Assembly: GCF_000150275.1 (NCBI RefSeq)
Contig: NW_002060946.1
Span: 7,732,829 to 7,796,828, forward strand
Reading direction: 5' to 3'
From: Trichoplax adhaerens
Lineage: Eukaryota > Animalia > Placozoa
DNA: 64,000 bases
Of the stretch, positions 41,317-53,940 are shown one piece after another. How positions within the stretch are numbered: position 1 is the stretch's first letter; each line of letters opens with the position of its first letter. The notes beneath the pieces are model-generated. The model searched no databases. It saw nothing but the letters and a program-made list of their open reading frames with translations, and was not told the DNA's origin. Made by a program: the position numbers and the translations under genes.

Positions 41317-41505
41317 NNNNNNNNNNNNNNNNNNNNNNNNNNNNNNNNNNNNNNNNNNNNNNNNNNNNNNNNNNNNNNNNNNNNNNNNNNNNNNNNNNNN
41401 NNNNNNNNNNNNNNNNNNNNNNNNNNNNNNNNNNNNNNNNNNNNNNNNNNNNNNNNNNNNNNNNNNNNNNNNNNNNNNNNNNNNNNNNNNNNNNNNNNNN
41501 NNNNA
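41317..41505. other. Assembly gap (N run)
   Basis: 189 consecutive N. Confidence 1.
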
Positions 41506-41665
41506 ATGATGGTTTTTAGCACGATCAGTTGCATAATTAATTCGATCATAAGTCGTGCTTCAAAGGCTTAATTCTAGAAATCCATTACTATATATAATTT
41601 GCTTGAAAATATATCGCTACCATAAATTATGCCATCATCATCTCAAAGAAATGGGTATATGTTTA

Positions 41666-42101
41666 TGTCACAAACCAGCTTCGTGACAAGGATAACGTAA
41701 AACTAATCTCTAAATTACTATAGTCTCCGGGATTCAGTATCCCTACTCACAAGAATTTAGACGCCTTTGATTCTACGTTAAACTCAACTAGACAATTTAG
41801 AACTACTTTATTCAACTGTCTGGCGGGCTTATATACCCTTCTACAGCAGCTAACATTCACGAGTTATCTTATAAAAATACTTGGTGAGAACATCTACCTA
41901 ACTAATTTTTCACAGTTGGACTACAATATGTCCATTCACAGAATCATTTCAGTGCACATTACAGCACAGCATTAAATTTACTGAAACACATTTATAATTA
42001 GAGTAATTCCTATTGTAAGTAACTAGTTGTAATATAATATCATTATATTATATTAACCAAATTTAGACATCTATTCCTTCACGGTAGTTCGTACCGTGAC
42101 A
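41666..42101 (-). mobile_element. Solo LTR (family B), 436 bp
   Basis: TGTCACA...CGTGACA; perfect TSD GTTTA (41661-41665 / 42102-42106); minus-strand TATATAAG then AATAAA; similar to 50719-51285. Confidence 0.9.
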
Positions 42102-43826
42102 GTTTAGTAGCTTAAAACTTAACTGTCAATGGCAACTTGTCTAATGTTCAGGAACGAAGAACTATCTCTGAAATTTACTAATGCATTCTAATGCAAGATA
42201 CATATCTATAATTATCAAGATCTATGCTACTTTAACAAATAAATAAGTTGCTTATTCCAATTTTCATTTTTACAATGAAATTTAGTTATCTGAAAAGTTC
42301 ATATAATCGGTAAATTATCATTTTTATAAAGAAAATTAAGAAGAAATGAAAGGGCAATTAATGAACGTTACGATTATTAATCCTATCTCATGCAGAAATA
42401 TTTTAAAATATCACCATTGTTCTAATTTTTGATCTGCATATAAAGATTTCTACAATTTCAATATTTAATTCATGTAGTTAAATAGCAATCTTAGACATTA
42501 AGTAGACTCTATAAGGGTAATTACTATCAAATATCTTCTTAATTGGTAATTTAATAAATCCAATAAATAAGATATAACATGAATTGTTTTTATACGATGG
42601 TCATTAAATATTGCTTTTAGATCGCTATATTGTTAATATACAGATTTATTTGGGTAATCAATTAACTTAATTACAGGGTATATTAACGACAGTTTAATCC
42701 GCTAAAGAATTCGAACAAAAGTACTATGAGTATGTCTGTAAAGATTTTTTGCTATGTGAAAATTTCCATTTAGTTTGGCTAAGTAAATTATTAATAGTTA
42801 AATTTGCATAAAATGATTTTAAATCAATCCTTTTCAAAGAGAGTAATTCACGAAACCAATCACATATACTGAAGCATTTACAATTCGAAAGGGTACTTCA
42901 TGTAATTGATAGCGCCAATTTAGGACAAAGAATACTTTACCAATTTTAAATTAAATAAAGCATGATTTTTATTATAATATTTGAGCTTAAAATTGTTATC
43001 AAAATACATCTAGACAAGTATGGATTTCTAATTTTAATATGTAGTGAATTATATTTTTTTATGCTAAAAATTTCCACCCAGAAAATTATCGTAGGACTCC
43101 ATGATGAAGTCATGATATACATATCTGTTACATGAAAACCCAAAATTTAACGTTATTTTACTATATTACAGATGTGCGAATTTTCTAGGTAATTAGATCC
43201 AAGATACAGGCCGTAAATGAAAAGTGTTTTGACATGAAATTTTAAAGATTTAAATTTATCCTCTAATATTTGTTTTGAATGATTTAATAAGATTTGAGTG
43301 ATGCGCAAGGACATTCGTACGGCTTCATATAATGCCATTTTGTCCCGATAGCGTATTAAATATATATTGCTACGATGCAGTGCTTTGAAATTTTATAAGA
43401 TGAATTTAAACGTTTATTAAACTTTACTTTATTACAGAAACTGATTCCATTAACCGTGTTACGAAGTGATTTATTCATATATAATCTTATAATCTCAATC
43501 TTAAGCTGTTACAACTACATTACAGTAGAATTTAACTTCTGATTACTTAGCCGTCAAATATAATACGTTTTTCTACGCTTGATGCCTTAATGCTTTCACA
43601 AAAATTAGATCCAGGATATTTGGTATCTTATATAGCGTCATGTAATGGTAAATGATTTAAACAGTAGCCCATTTGAGCAATCTATTTTTAAATTTCTCAT
43701 GCGTATTAAAAAGTTATGAATATAACTTAGACTATGATAGCAGAAAATGAAGTTAGTGAGGTATTGCAGAAGGAGAACTTAATAAATATGGTACTGATAA
43801 CTACAAATTAATTTTGATTTACAATT

Positions 43827-44876
43827 TTATGGAGTTGATGATCCTTGAGTTTGAGAAGTATATGTGTTAGTGATTTTATTATGACGCGAGATTCTTCTTC
43901 TAATACGATTATAAAGAATTGACGATCGACTGCGTATATTTTTATCATACTTTATCAGCAGCAGTGGATTGACAACCGGTGTGCACACAGTAAAGGATAC
44001 AGCAAATGTGCATAAAATGAACAAGAATAAACTTTCCCTTTCAAGATCATCAATCCCAATTCCAGTAATAGACATTCCCAAAGTCATAGCAAAAAATGGC
44101 CAAGTCATTAGGGCAAATACTACAGTAACGATAATTAATGTTCTGATCAATGATTTCCGTTTTGCGTTATCAAGAAAAGTTTTAGTTTTCACTTCGCCAG
44201 GTTCTTTTGATGATTCTTCTTTATATCGCTGAAGTAGAAATTGGTATATTTTAAAATATAAGATACTCATAATAGCCAATGGAACAATGTACAGAATTAT
44301 TGTTATAAGCAAGTAAAAAATTAAACCAATTCTGCCACGATGCATAAGAGCGCAAGAATTTGTCGGTCCTGGTAGAGCACCAGTTAAATAAATGAAGGGC
44401 AGCGATGCGGTTATACTGAGTAACCATATGAAAACGATAACAATCTTAAACATCTTTAATTTTTTAGTTCGTGATGCCAATAACATTGGTTTTAAAATTG
44501 ATAAGTAACGGTCGATGCTGATTGAAGTTAAGCTTAATACTGACGCCATAAAAGATATGCCGGTTACTAAAGATAAAATGCGACAGATAGCATCTACCAC
44601 TGCATATGGCAAGGAAAATACCGTTACTATTGGTAAGGTCATAAATAGACTAGCAGTTGCTATATCAGATATAACCATGTTGCCAATTAAATAATATGTC
44701 GGTGACTTAGACAGTTCTTTACTAAAATAAATGGAATTAAGTATCGCGGAATTCAAAATTATTGAAAGGAAAGATGGTAGGGAAAAAAAGATTTGAGCAA
44801 TTTGTAAAAACTGAAATGCAGTTGTTCGATTGGTATAATTTTGAGATGAGACATTCGGCAATTGCAACTCAGACAT
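43827..44876 (-). CDS. Intronless class A GPCR, 349 aa, paralog
   Basis: SKSPTYYLIGNM, ICR, SIDRYLSILKP, NSCA, MTWPFF, NPLLL, YDKNI; sequons NVS, NYT, NRT. Confidence 0.95.
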   Translation of the reverse strand: MSELQLPNVSSQNYTNRTTAFQFLQIAQIFFSLPSFLSIILNSAILNSIYFSKELSKSPTYYLIGNMVISDIATASLFMTLPIVTVFSLPYAVVDAICRILSLVTGISFMASVLSLTSISIDRYLSILKPMLLASRTKKLKMFKIVIVFIWLLSITASLPFIYLTGALPGPTNSCALMHRGRIGLIFYLLITIILYIVPLAIMSILYFKIYQFLLQRYKEESSKEPGEVKTKTFLDNAKRKSLIRTLIIVTVVFALMTWPFFAMTLGMSITGIGIDDLERESLFLFILCTFAVSFTVCTPVVNPLLLIKYDKNIRSRSSILYNRIRRRISRHNKITNTYTSQTQGSSTP

Positions 44877-47800
44877 GATGCATAATATTGGTATCGATTT
44901 TCGCCTAAAACTAGAAAGTAAGGTTAAGTATTAGGTCAGAAGATGAGAAATAGGTTTTCAATCAATTACCGGGATGTTCAAATAAATGAGTATTTTTTTA
45001 ATCTACAGCGCACTATATACAACTGATTGTACAGCTTATTTTGATCTTATATCGAAATATTTTGACAGTTTTTAGTTACGTCACAAATTCTATAATTGCT
45101 TCGTATTCATGAAAGGATAACAAAGCTTCTATCAACAAATAATTTGTATTTGATCTGTCATGAATAGTTTTAATTAACGGTAGCTTTAAATATTGCCTTA
45201 ACTTGTCATTCACTTGGCTATCAGTAACAATTATATTCGCTTCGAGGAATCCGGTGTAAATTAATTACGAAAACGTCAATTTTAAATAAGGCTGTTTATG
45301 ATATCCTACTTTTATTGTTATTTAAGATTACAAAAACTTTCAGAAATCCTGTCCCTTAATGGCGACAGCAAAGACTCATCACCTTCAATATTGCGTGTCT
45401 GAATAATGCCATAATTATATTTTGACAGGCCACAATTTCATATTGATTGATGGTTAAACTGTCATGATGTCTGCAAATTTGACTCTTTATGATAAAAATA
45501 GAAGCATCTAAAAATATTTGAAAAAGGGTATCCTTAAAAACTATCGACAATTGTCAATTGGTCTTAAATCAAATTTTTAATTCATATTGTAGGTGTATTA
45601 TAGTAAAGGTCAAAATGTTTTAAAATTCAGTTTATCATTTACCTATACAGATGACATTGCCGAAGGACTAGGTGACAATCACTTCGACCGGGACTACTTT
45701 AAAGAAATGAAGTACAACAATAAACAGAATCAATAAAATTGATTATACTCAACTAGACATTGCCGGCAAAAGCGATTCAACTTTTAGTAACACCAATAGT
45801 TATCCCACAGATAGGCCGAATATTATGATTCTTTATTTAATGTGATATATGATTAAGGTCGTGACCTGTAAATCTAGTGCCCGTATTAGGGAATGGGCAA
45901 AGGCGCGTAGCTGGGTACCTTTTAGCTGAATAGCTAGATAACGAACCATAGAAATTTACAACACCGTATCGTTTCGTTATCATCCACACTCAGAAACAAC
46001 TTTGCTAGAGCAAGTTACTATTTACTCAGATTGAGAAGCAACATAAGATTTCAATGGCAGTACGTAATATCATATAATTTGAAATTGTATTTTATTGCTT
46101 TTCGTTTCGTAGCAGATTATTTAATTAAAGATTTATTTGTGGAAAACTTTATTCGAGGATAATAGAAATAACTATAAGGATATACTAACATAGTAGCTTA
46201 AACCTAGGAGTAAAGCTGTCAAGGATATTGATAACACTTTAAAATCGTCCATAGCGTTTATTTTCTGATGTAGTATATTGTGTAACAAGAGTCTTTAATG
46301 GTAAAAATTATTAGTTAATACGTTTATTAATATTCCAATAGCCAAAATCTTCATTAAGCAAATAAAATTACAATAGACGGCGCTATGTTTGGAATACGTA
46401 TACTTTAGTTGAAGTGATGGAATGCTTTCTTACGATGTATCAAGACATAAATTTGATATAAGAAATTTTTTTTAGTTTGATTCCGTTTACAAAAATTATC
46501 TAAAAATAAAATATTTATTAATACTGTACATAGCGATAACGAATAACAGTGAAAATTTAGGATTATAAAGGCCGCTGGTTGCAATTTTATTGCACGTAGG
46601 AGGATGATAATAAATTCACGAATGAAAAACACACGAAAGATAGATTGTTCGCAGAAGCAACATGAATAAGCTTATGGTGCAAATAAAAACAATTTTATAA
46701 TTTGTTTTACCATCATACAATACGATCTTTCAGGACTGAATAAGATCCAAATAAATTATTTAAGACGTAAGTAATAAAAAAAGACGACGTTTTGTAAAGT
46801 AAACATATGTCAATACTACATAGCATGCATTATGATGAACATTGTGTTTATCCTATTTTTAAATTAACAGATTTTCGTTGTGTACTTGTGTCGTGTTTTC
46901 ATGGAGACATCAAAGACGGTATGGCATAGTTTTACCTTAAGTAACAAAGTTGATGCTCGCTTGATCTGTCGTTACATGACAATTTTTATTAATCAGTGTC
47001 TCCTAAACATATCAACTATTAATCTTTATGATTCTAAAATTACTCCAGCCTAGAGTATTGTAATCGTCGTAGAATGTTACAACATGAATCAAGTACTGAC
47101 GAACACTTCGAAGTAATCATAAATATATTCTCTAATAAAGTACCCGCATCGAAAATAATTGCATCAATTTCATTGATTCTCAGTAGAAAAGATATCGAGG
47201 TGAATGATATTCCAGCATAGAAATAGTGACGGAATAATTGCTTCTTAAATATTGTGATCTGGACTAACTAGGTTGCTTGGCGCCATGAACTATTCTATGG
47301 ATAGATCGGAAGGAAAAAAAACATAGACTACCTTTCGTACCTTTGAATTTCACAAATGAAATGGCAAAAGTAGCAATAAATTAATGCTTTTGACGACCAA
47401 GTGTTACAACCAACATTAACTAGGTTTATAATTATTTACTTCGGGGAATTTTGAAATTTATTATCCACTATGCAATAAATATTTAAATTTAGAATCTGTA
47501 GCGTTACTTGCAAATCGGAAGAGGAAATGAAAATAAGTGCTTACTAGCGAACAAGCAATAAATGCTTTCAATATTACATCAGAAATGATGGTAAATCACA
47601 TCATGCTAGATAAAAGGATTATAAATAAATAACCGGTATCAGTAGATAAAATTAAAGTAAGGCTATTAAAATATTGTAACTTTCAAGGCTTTTATATACC
47701 CACTATTATGATATTTGTGGTGAATTTGTTGCCCATTCCGCTGATGAAATTTTGCTTAGCTGACTCCTTTATCATCCTTTACGTAGGAAAATATGTTTAT

Positions 47801-49433
47801 TTTATGGTACTACGTAGGAGAAAAAAAATTTATAGCCAATGTTCTTCGCTTTTTACATTTTATTTTCAGTTATTAATGTAGTTATAGCAAAAAAAGTTAC
47901 GGCAAAATAAGAATGTGCATTTATTTACTGACTGATAGCAACTATGATGGCGTGAATTGATTAAAGTATGCATGTTACTTCTAAAATTGCTCTTTCAAAG
48001 GGTCGCAAAAATGCGACCGCTGACAAAAAAATCTACATATTGGAAAGATCTTGTTTTCTAATTAAAGTAAGGTACGCTTATTAAGAAATATCTGATTTAG
48101 GCCTAGTGCCTTGTCTCTGATATTGCGTCCATTATTAGATGAATATTTTGCAAAAAAACTTCTAAGCAAATGTTTTAAAATGTGGAGCTTAAACTATATT
48201 TATTATGCTAAAGTGATATCTAAAAATAATTATCTACTCAGACTTAAGAGTACGACGGAAAGAAGTTTCACTTCTGTCACCTTATTGCTACAGTATCTAA
48301 GACGAAATACATCATGCAAAAATTTGGTATCTAATATCATTTCGTTGGGTAAACATAGGAATAAAAGCATTATTAAACTAATAAACAATATCGTTATGCT
48401 AAAAATGTAGAACGACATCATACTTTAAGTTCTTGTTGTTACTAAAAACTTTAAGCAACATTAGCAACATTATCAACAAAGCCCAAGGAAATGACAATGC
48501 CCCTATTTTTGTTATTTGCAGAAATTTTATAATTAAGTAATCAATATTTTTTTAACCTATTTAGTCGACAACTTACATTTGGATTAGTCTCTAATGTGCT
48601 TTGTCGCTCTTTTCCTGTACGCTAAAGCTACGCATCTTACGTATTGTAATGCGGATGTAGTGGTACTGCGTCATCAATTAAGTTATTCTTAATTAGTGAA
48701 AAATGAATACTTTTAAAAATTCTAGTTAAAGTCATCTGTTGTATTTGATGTTTAATTTTATTAAACTCATTAGCTAATGCTTTGATGGTTAATCAACTGT
48801 ATACTAAATAAGAATTATATAAAATTTCTTAGCATGGCGAATATACGGGCAATATTAGGGACTAGTAAAAGAAAGAAGAGAAGCCTCTTAGTTCACTTAG
48901 TGTATGGGTTCTTAACCTAATCAAGCTTACTTTAATAAGATGTACAGTTCTGTACTACACTCTATCACTGTATTACCTAACAGATAATTACTGTAGTTTA
49001 CTAAATTCATAACATTCCCCCTTGTTCTTTAATAATTATTTTACGTAAGAAATTTTTCTTTCTTTAAGCATTACCGCTGTCCATTTGCGTAGTAGCGTAT
49101 AGTAGTACAGTGGTGCATTTTTAGACGTGCTATTTTCATGCAAGCACGCATTATATGGTTATTATTCAATATGACAACTTATTCCTTCATTTAATAATCA
49201 TAATCACAAATAGAGAAAATCGAATACCTGTAACCGATATTTTTCCGGTTTATGTGCAGTACCATCGAGTTACACAGTTCTCGCTGTAATATTTATTTAA
49301 TAGTAAGTAAAGTAATAAGGAATTAGAAACTCAAAATGTAACGAGTAGGTTTTTTACTCGTTGTTAAAATAAGTAATTCTTGATTAGGAAATAAAGAATA
49401 CTTTTGAATTGTCTAAACAAGTTCATATACTAT

Positions 49434-49769
49434 TGTCACAAACTCCCGTGTGACAAGATGACGTTGTGATCGAATCTACGATATCGCAATAATTCGTACG
49501 CCTTCGATTTCCGTTATACTTTTAACCTTAGGAACTAAGAATAACTTTTATTAATTTGTCTAATCGTTTAAATAGATTTTATCTACAAGCTTTTACATAC
49601 CTCTTAGAATACTACTAATCCAACTATAGATATAAATGACCTTTAACACATCACAATTTAAATCGTACCGTCTACAATCTATATCTGGTTACATAATCTC
49701 CTCGGCTTACAATATCATTGTAGCCGCAAAGCATGTACTATTTTTGTACGGTGAGTTAGCACTGTGACA
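49434..49769 (-). mobile_element. Short solo LTR-like element (family D), 336 bp
   Basis: Perfect TGTCACA...TGTGACA termini; perfect TSD ACTAT (49429-49433 / 49770-49774); minus-strand AATAAA near 49550. Confidence 0.85.
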
Positions 49770-50718
49770 ACTATCTTCGATGTTAAATTTCGTTGTGCTT
49801 GTAGTAAATAGGCTGCGACGGTAGAATCTACTGTATGTAAAAGGAGGAATATCTACAATCTACATCTACATTGTGGAGAATATCAGGGACTAGTAAAGAA
49901 AGGAGAAAAGTCTCTCTCGGCTGTCTCTTCCTTTAATTCAGAAATACTTCGAATTCCTTATCCGTTTGCACATTTCTACTCATAAAAGCATACAGTTATG
50001 GACTACTAGAAAATTGTTAGCATGGTAGTGATTTCAAGTAGTCTATGAACACAGTCATGATAAAATAGAATTGTAGACTTACTATGGCCATATAATGACG
50101 CATTATTAGCAAATTCTAAAAAGACCATGACATTATACTTTTCTGTATGCTTGTAGTCCCTTACTGTGCTTTTTGGGGGCCTGCTAAACACTATACAATA
50201 ATGGCGACTCATTTCTTTATTTTCTATTACTCTAAACAGAGAAAATTAAATAACTGTAATTGTTATGATCTTGTATAGCTATGAGTTTGGAACTAGTAGA
50301 TGAACCGATTTACAGAAGTATGAACATTGGCATCAACTTCTGTTCACAATTGATATTACTAAACGCTCAGTCGTTCTGTTGTATGTAATATTGCATCAAT
50401 ATCTGAGTGAAAACCTAATTACATCGTAGAACTAACTATCAATGATAACTGTCAGAGTATACTGTATAAAACGCTATCAGACTTTCATGCCCTAAACACA
50501 AAACGTAGCAGTACTCTGCTATTTCGCCAATTTCATGGGCTGTACCATCGATCATGTTTCTTGGTAACCTAAATTCCTCACTAAGAGTTGCTGAAATAGA
50601 AACTACTTCAACACCCAGTAGCTAAGAGAATGTCAATGCTTATTACTCAAGTATTTTAATATATATGCGGTGTTCTCTTTCTCGCGCAAGTAGACATATC
50701 AGATCAGCTAGTGAAACG

Positions 50719-51285
50719 TGTCACAAACCAGCTTCGTAACAAAGATAATGTAAAACAAATCTCTAAATTACTATAGTCTCCGGGATTTAGTATCCCTTAA
50801 CTACCTTACAAGAATTTAGACACCTTTGATTCTACGTTAAACAACTCTAGAACTCTTCTTTTATTTAGCTATCAGCCGGAATTAAATACCTTCGGCAGCA
50901 GCTATCATGTATGAGTCATATCAGTTCTTGAAATTTAGTTCATATTGGATAGCTAAATTAATGAAGATATTATTAATAATCTTAGACTTTTACAGAGCGA
51001 TTCTAGATAATTAGACTTCAGTATGTGTATACAAAGAATTATTTATAGTATCATCTATAATTGAATAGCTTTGGGATATTCATCGCAACCTTTACTAGAC
51101 ATAACACTATAATCTATCAACATTAGTTACCGTAATAGAACTTTTACTACAGTACAGCATAATTTACTGTAACAAAATAATAACTACTGTATTTCTTACT
51201 GTAAGTCATTGTTAGTTATCTCTCTATATAAATGCTAACCACTAAATTTAGTCATTTACTCTTCATGGTGGTTCATATCGTGACA
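50719..51285 (-). mobile_element. Solo LTR (family B), 567 bp
   Basis: TGTCACAAACCAGCTTCGT...CGTGACA; TSD AAACG / AAATG; both ends colinear with 41666-42101, longer interior. Confidence 0.88.
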
Positions 51286-53940
51286 AAATGATAAAAGGTT
51301 CAACTGAAAGCAAACTAAGTTGCTGTATAAAACATTACTAAGCATAAGATAAAGCAAGATATCGCTACAATTTTCTATCCACTTGAAGCGTTTTAAGAAA
51401 AAGTTTTTATTAAGTAGTCCCTGATAGCGTATGAGTCTTGTAAAAGTTTACTTATTTTTCTCTTTATTTTTTCGAACAATAGTTAGAAATGGTATAATTC
51501 TGGACTAGATTGAGCACATATTCGCATTTAAATAAAATTGAGCTATTTAGACTGATGATAAAGTGGCAACAAGAAGTTACCTTAAATTATGCAATATATC
51601 AAACGTTTCCTGCTCTACAATATGAATTCTATCTTTATGGGTAATATTAAAATCTGGTAATAAATAGAGGATTTCTGACCACTTTAAGTTAGGCAAGTCA
51701 GTACAGTAATCGAAGTTGTATAAAATGCATCGAATGAAGGCAGGAATAAGATCTAAATCAAAATCTTGCAGTATGCTAAAGCTTTCGGTTAAGGCATAAT
51801 CTTTTGCTAAATTAATGATATCGTAACTTAATGAAAATCTTCTTCTTCAATACAATGATAATTACAGCTGATCTCATTCTAAATTTAATAAAATGGCATT
51901 ATACGGATAGGCTAACAGAAATAAATATCTTCAGCCATGACATTAATATCTTAATGCCTCGGGTAGTACTAACGCATTTTTTGTCTTACTATATGTCCAG
52001 TAGAATTATAAATTGATGTTAAATTACATGCTAGCGAAACCTTAAGCGAAATCTTGACAATACTGTTGCAGCATAAGCATAGATAGTTAGAATTGCTTTA
52101 ATAATTAGCATAACTACTTGCGGTTAACATGGTTGTAGAAAAGAAAAAGACCTAGACCATTGCTTGACCTCGCTCATGTATTATCTGTCAGGAAAAACGG
52201 AAATCATCTAGGTAAAAATATAGGTCAAAATTGTCATAAATATACGTATGAAGTGACGATTTTACTTCATCATTTTGAAGTCGTTAGAAGTGAGTTCTGC
52301 ATAAACGGATGGGATATTAGCAAACACCCATAAAAATTTTCATAGCGCTGTAATGATAATAGTATTGCAGATATAATTTTAAAATTCGATAGCACGATGG
52401 TAAACCACCTATCTATCTTCGCAACGCTCTACTTAAGGTTACTATTAATGTATCAGAGGTATAGCTAGGAATAATTATACAATAGCAAATATTGGCCTAG
52501 CAAATACCGTCATTGAAGTATGCCATGTTAATTTAAGCGTTATTTAGCAACCAGGAAAAAATTTTTAAGGCAGACTTTGTTATAAGTTCGTGTACAACAA
52601 TATTTAAACTATGTTTCAATAGTATTTACTAATGCACTTCAAACTACTAGTAGTTCAATATATAGATCATGTTACTTATCTAACAATCATTGTTTACAGC
52701 CAATATTGATATTAATAAATATAAACCTACGAATCAACAGCTGCCTTATCAGCGTTAGCTTGACGAACATAAAATAGAAATGATTGAAGAATGATTGATC
52801 ATCTAACTAAGCACTACTGCTTAAATAACGATAGTCAACAACAAGAAAATTTTATCATCGCTTAAATTACATGTTACTTCTATCAAAAGTACCGTACTTA
52901 GACTGGTAACTAGCTGATCACTTTACTTAAGCTATCATGGATATTAATTAGCGCTATCATTGCAGGCCAGTAAGCTATCCTTTGAATATTTTAGAAAACT
53001 TCTATATGGTGATTAAAAAAGTTTGGACGTCAACGACTAATATCAAAAAATTCTAAAAAGTTTAATTTGGAGTTTAAGATATCGTGATAATATGCTGTAG
53101 GTATTGTTATTTTTCTTCTTATAAAGATCACTTAGTTTCTCCGTCTTTCAAATACCAGGTGTGTAATTAATAATTTGACTTGCTTATTGTTTCATTGAAA
53201 TACAGCGAATCTTCCGCTTGATTAATCATCAATAGCCTGTCACTTAGTATGTCCCCCATATCAACAAGCAAAACATTACTTTAATTTATTAGCCATTAGA
53301 ATTAATAGAACGTGATTTAGATACCTTACAAACATCTCTGTACATTACTTATTACGATTGCAGATATTTTGGATCGAACAGTTAATTTATAAATTATTTA
53401 ATATTTGAAAAATAGTGATTCAAGTTTTGTCATAAAATGTAAATCCCTACTTTAATTGCCTAGATCATAATTGTTCCAACTTGAGAAACAATCCAATTCT
53501 TCTATTTTAATGCTTAATTGATCAATTAACAATGGTAAATAAGAAAAGGTTTTATTTTTTTTATCGATAAAAAATAAGATTGCAAAACAATAATATAGTA
53601 TATTATACATAGCAATTAAACTGAAAAGCACATATGTTCGTATATGCGACTGGTTATATTTCACTGACGATCAAATTTATATAGGAATAAATGTTCGGTG
53701 ATTAAATGTTTTTAGAGGTCTGTAATTCAAAACGATGAAGTTAATATAATATCCTAGTATTACTATTAATTTTCAATTTTAAGAAATTATTGTGATAATT
53801 CAGTATTGTCAGCTGCATAGCGCTCGCTATCACTTTACTTATTCCATGTGAAAGCCTGGTAACTCCAGTTTGGTATTGTAACACCTCTAAATATTGGACT
53901 TGGATTTTTTAAATTCAAGCAAAGGCATCCATTACTCAAT

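Noticed and set aside
41241-41571. ORFs spanning the N run
   Set aside because: Artefacts of the assembly gap.
27328-44232. Antisense ORFs overlapping the GPCRs (27328-27579, 27772-28092, 34949-35362, 43969-44232; also 60382-60579) that resemble each other
   Set aside because: They are mirror frames of paralogous transmembrane-coding sequence; the similarity is inherited from the sense genes.
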